64,000 bases of DNA, from assembly GCF_030684315.1 (NCBI RefSeq), contig NC_081358.1:20774810-20838809 (forward strand). The letters are read 5' to 3'. The notes under the pieces are model-generated. The model had not been told where the DNA came from. It ran no database searches and saw nothing but the letters and a program-made list of their open reading frames with translations. This document shows, piece after piece, positions 62,306-64,000 of the stretch (position 1 is its first letter; the number at the start of each line of letters is the position of its first letter). Source of the stretch: Stegostoma tigrinum. Lineage: Eukaryota. Position numbers and translations under genes: made by a program.

Positions 62306-62496
62306 AGGAGGGCTCCTCCCTCCAATCAATACCCAGCCCCATCTTTTCCAAGAAAGGTAAGGATGGGCAATAAATGCCTCCAGCATGCATCACCATGTCC
62401 CTTGAATGAAGAGAAAAAGACTTTATTTGCTGATTACAAATTATTTACTCGTAGTTGTGCTCATTATTATCCATAATTTTTTTTATATCTTTTTAT

Positions 62497-62835
62497 GGAA
62501 TCATAGAATCCCTAGAGTGCAGAAAGAGGTCATCAGCCCACTGAGTCTGCACCAAACCTCTAAAGAGCATCCCACACAGATCCTAATCCCCTACCCTATC
62601 CCTATAACGCCACATTTACCTTGGCCAATCCAAGCACATCCCTATACACAAAGGAAATGTAACATGGCCAGTGCACCTAACATGCACACTTTCGGACTGG
62701 AAGGAAACTAAGCACCTAACAGAAACCCATGCAGACTCCACGAACACGCAAACTCCACATACATAGTGGAATCGAACCCAAGTCCCTAGCACTGTTAAGA
62801 AAGCATTACTAACGACTTCGCCACCATGTTGCCCT
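62497..62835 (-). mobile_element. Older HE1-like V-SINE
   Basis: Reverse complement of the head, V-domain and tail pattern. Confidence 0.8.
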
Positions 62836-63104
62836 AAAATCTCAGTTGGAAGTTAGCAGTGTTGGTCAGTATGGTGACTGAACCTATGATATTGGCATTA
62901 TTAACTCTGAATTATAACCATCTGAACTAACCAACCATCTGTTGATTTATATATTAAGTAAATAAAAAATGTATATCTGATGAGCAGAAAAACAAAAATA
63001 GGGAATAAAATTATGTAAAAATATACAAAGAATTAATAGATAACATTCAGAGATGAAATAAATTTCATTAAAACTACAAATGCCTCAAGTCAGGGCCAAA
63101 ATCA

Positions 63105-63760
63105 GGAACAAAAACAGGTTGCTGGAAAACCTCAGCAGGACTGGCAGCACCTGTGAAGAAAAAAATCAGAGTTGATATTTCAGGTCCGGTGACCCTTTAT
63201 CAAAATTGATGGTAGCTGGGGAAGTGTTGGTTTATCTGCAGAAAATAGGGATGGGAATGGGGTAGGGAGTAAACAATACGAGAGAGCCCAAAGAGAGAAG
63301 AGAGCAGTTGAATAGACAAAGAAGTTGATAACGATCTGGCTAGGAGGGTGAATAGTTATTAATGGTGGCTGGTAGTGAACAATAGGTAGTATGTAATGAC
63401 CGGCTGTATGATAGCAAGGCCTGTGTGTGGGGTGGGGGGTGCTAGGACGTGGGAGAGTTTAGGCCCTAAAATTATTGAACTCTATGAATTGAGCTTCCCT
63501 GAAACACTGCAGCAAGCTGCAGACACAGATGTTGGATGCAGAACAGTGTGGTGTGTTAAAGTGGCAGGCAACAGGTAGCTCAGGGTCTTTTTAGTGAGCA
63601 GAACATAGATGTTCTGTGAAACAGTCACCCAGTCTCCACTTTGTTTCCCCAATGTAAAGGAATACCACATTGTGAGCAACGAATGTAGTAGACTACATTC
63701 TGAGAAGTGCAAGTGAAGTGTTGCTTAACCTGGAAGGTATGTTTGTACCCTTGGATGAAG
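63105..63760 (-). mobile_element. Older Neptune-type PLE 3' fragment
   Basis: Degenerate FTCTSQNVVYYIRCSQCG..ETKWRLGDCFTEHL..LPVACHFN, and a decayed hammerhead near 63175-63205. Confidence 0.85.
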
Positions 63761-63888
63761 TCGAGCCACTTATCTGGAGTTTCATAGTCAATTTAGGGAA
63801 GTTATGAATGTATGCTAAGTACTATTTTGCAACGTAAGAATTTCAAAAATTTGTTGTTTTAATGTGAATTCAGTATGTTTCTTTTTCT

Positions 63889-64000
63889 CAAGCCGCACCT
63901 CCATTTCCTACCTACTAACCTCATCCTGCCCCCTTGACCTGTCCGTCCTCCCCGGACTGACCTATCCCCTCCCTACCTCCCCACCCATACTCTCCTCTCC
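63889..64000 (+). mobile_element. Start of another young Neptune 3' UTR copy (runs off the window)
   Basis: Near identical to 16968-17075. Confidence 0.85.

Overview
Repeat-rich vertebrate genomic DNA, most likely shark or ray, judging from the HE1/V-SINEs, abundant CR1 LINEs, DeuSINEs and Penelope-like elements. It is not prokaryotic. The + strand carries the last three coding exons (SAM domain) and a ~2.8 kb 3' UTR of an L3MBTL4-type gene. A CpG-island promoter with a likely first exon lies at ~45 kb, with a candidate second exon at 52.7 kb; this could be TMEM200C, by synteny only. Two things stand out. (1) Two decayed, apparently intronless, highly divergent actin-fold reading frames lie on the minus strand in tandem, bracketing the last L3MBTL4 exon. 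Further minus-strand coding-like segments lie upstream of them, so this is a candidate lost antisense gene or gene pair. (2) A Penelope/Neptune retroelement system with hammerhead ribozyme motifs is present. It includes a 3.7 kb inverted two-armed insertion with an 11-bp TSD and many 75-230 bp TSD-flanked mini-insertions. Two of these are fold-backs that turn exactly at the predicted ribozyme cleavage site. Several templated-insertion scars are also visible. Boundaries of old repeats are approximate, and all protein similarities were judged by eye from remembered sequences.
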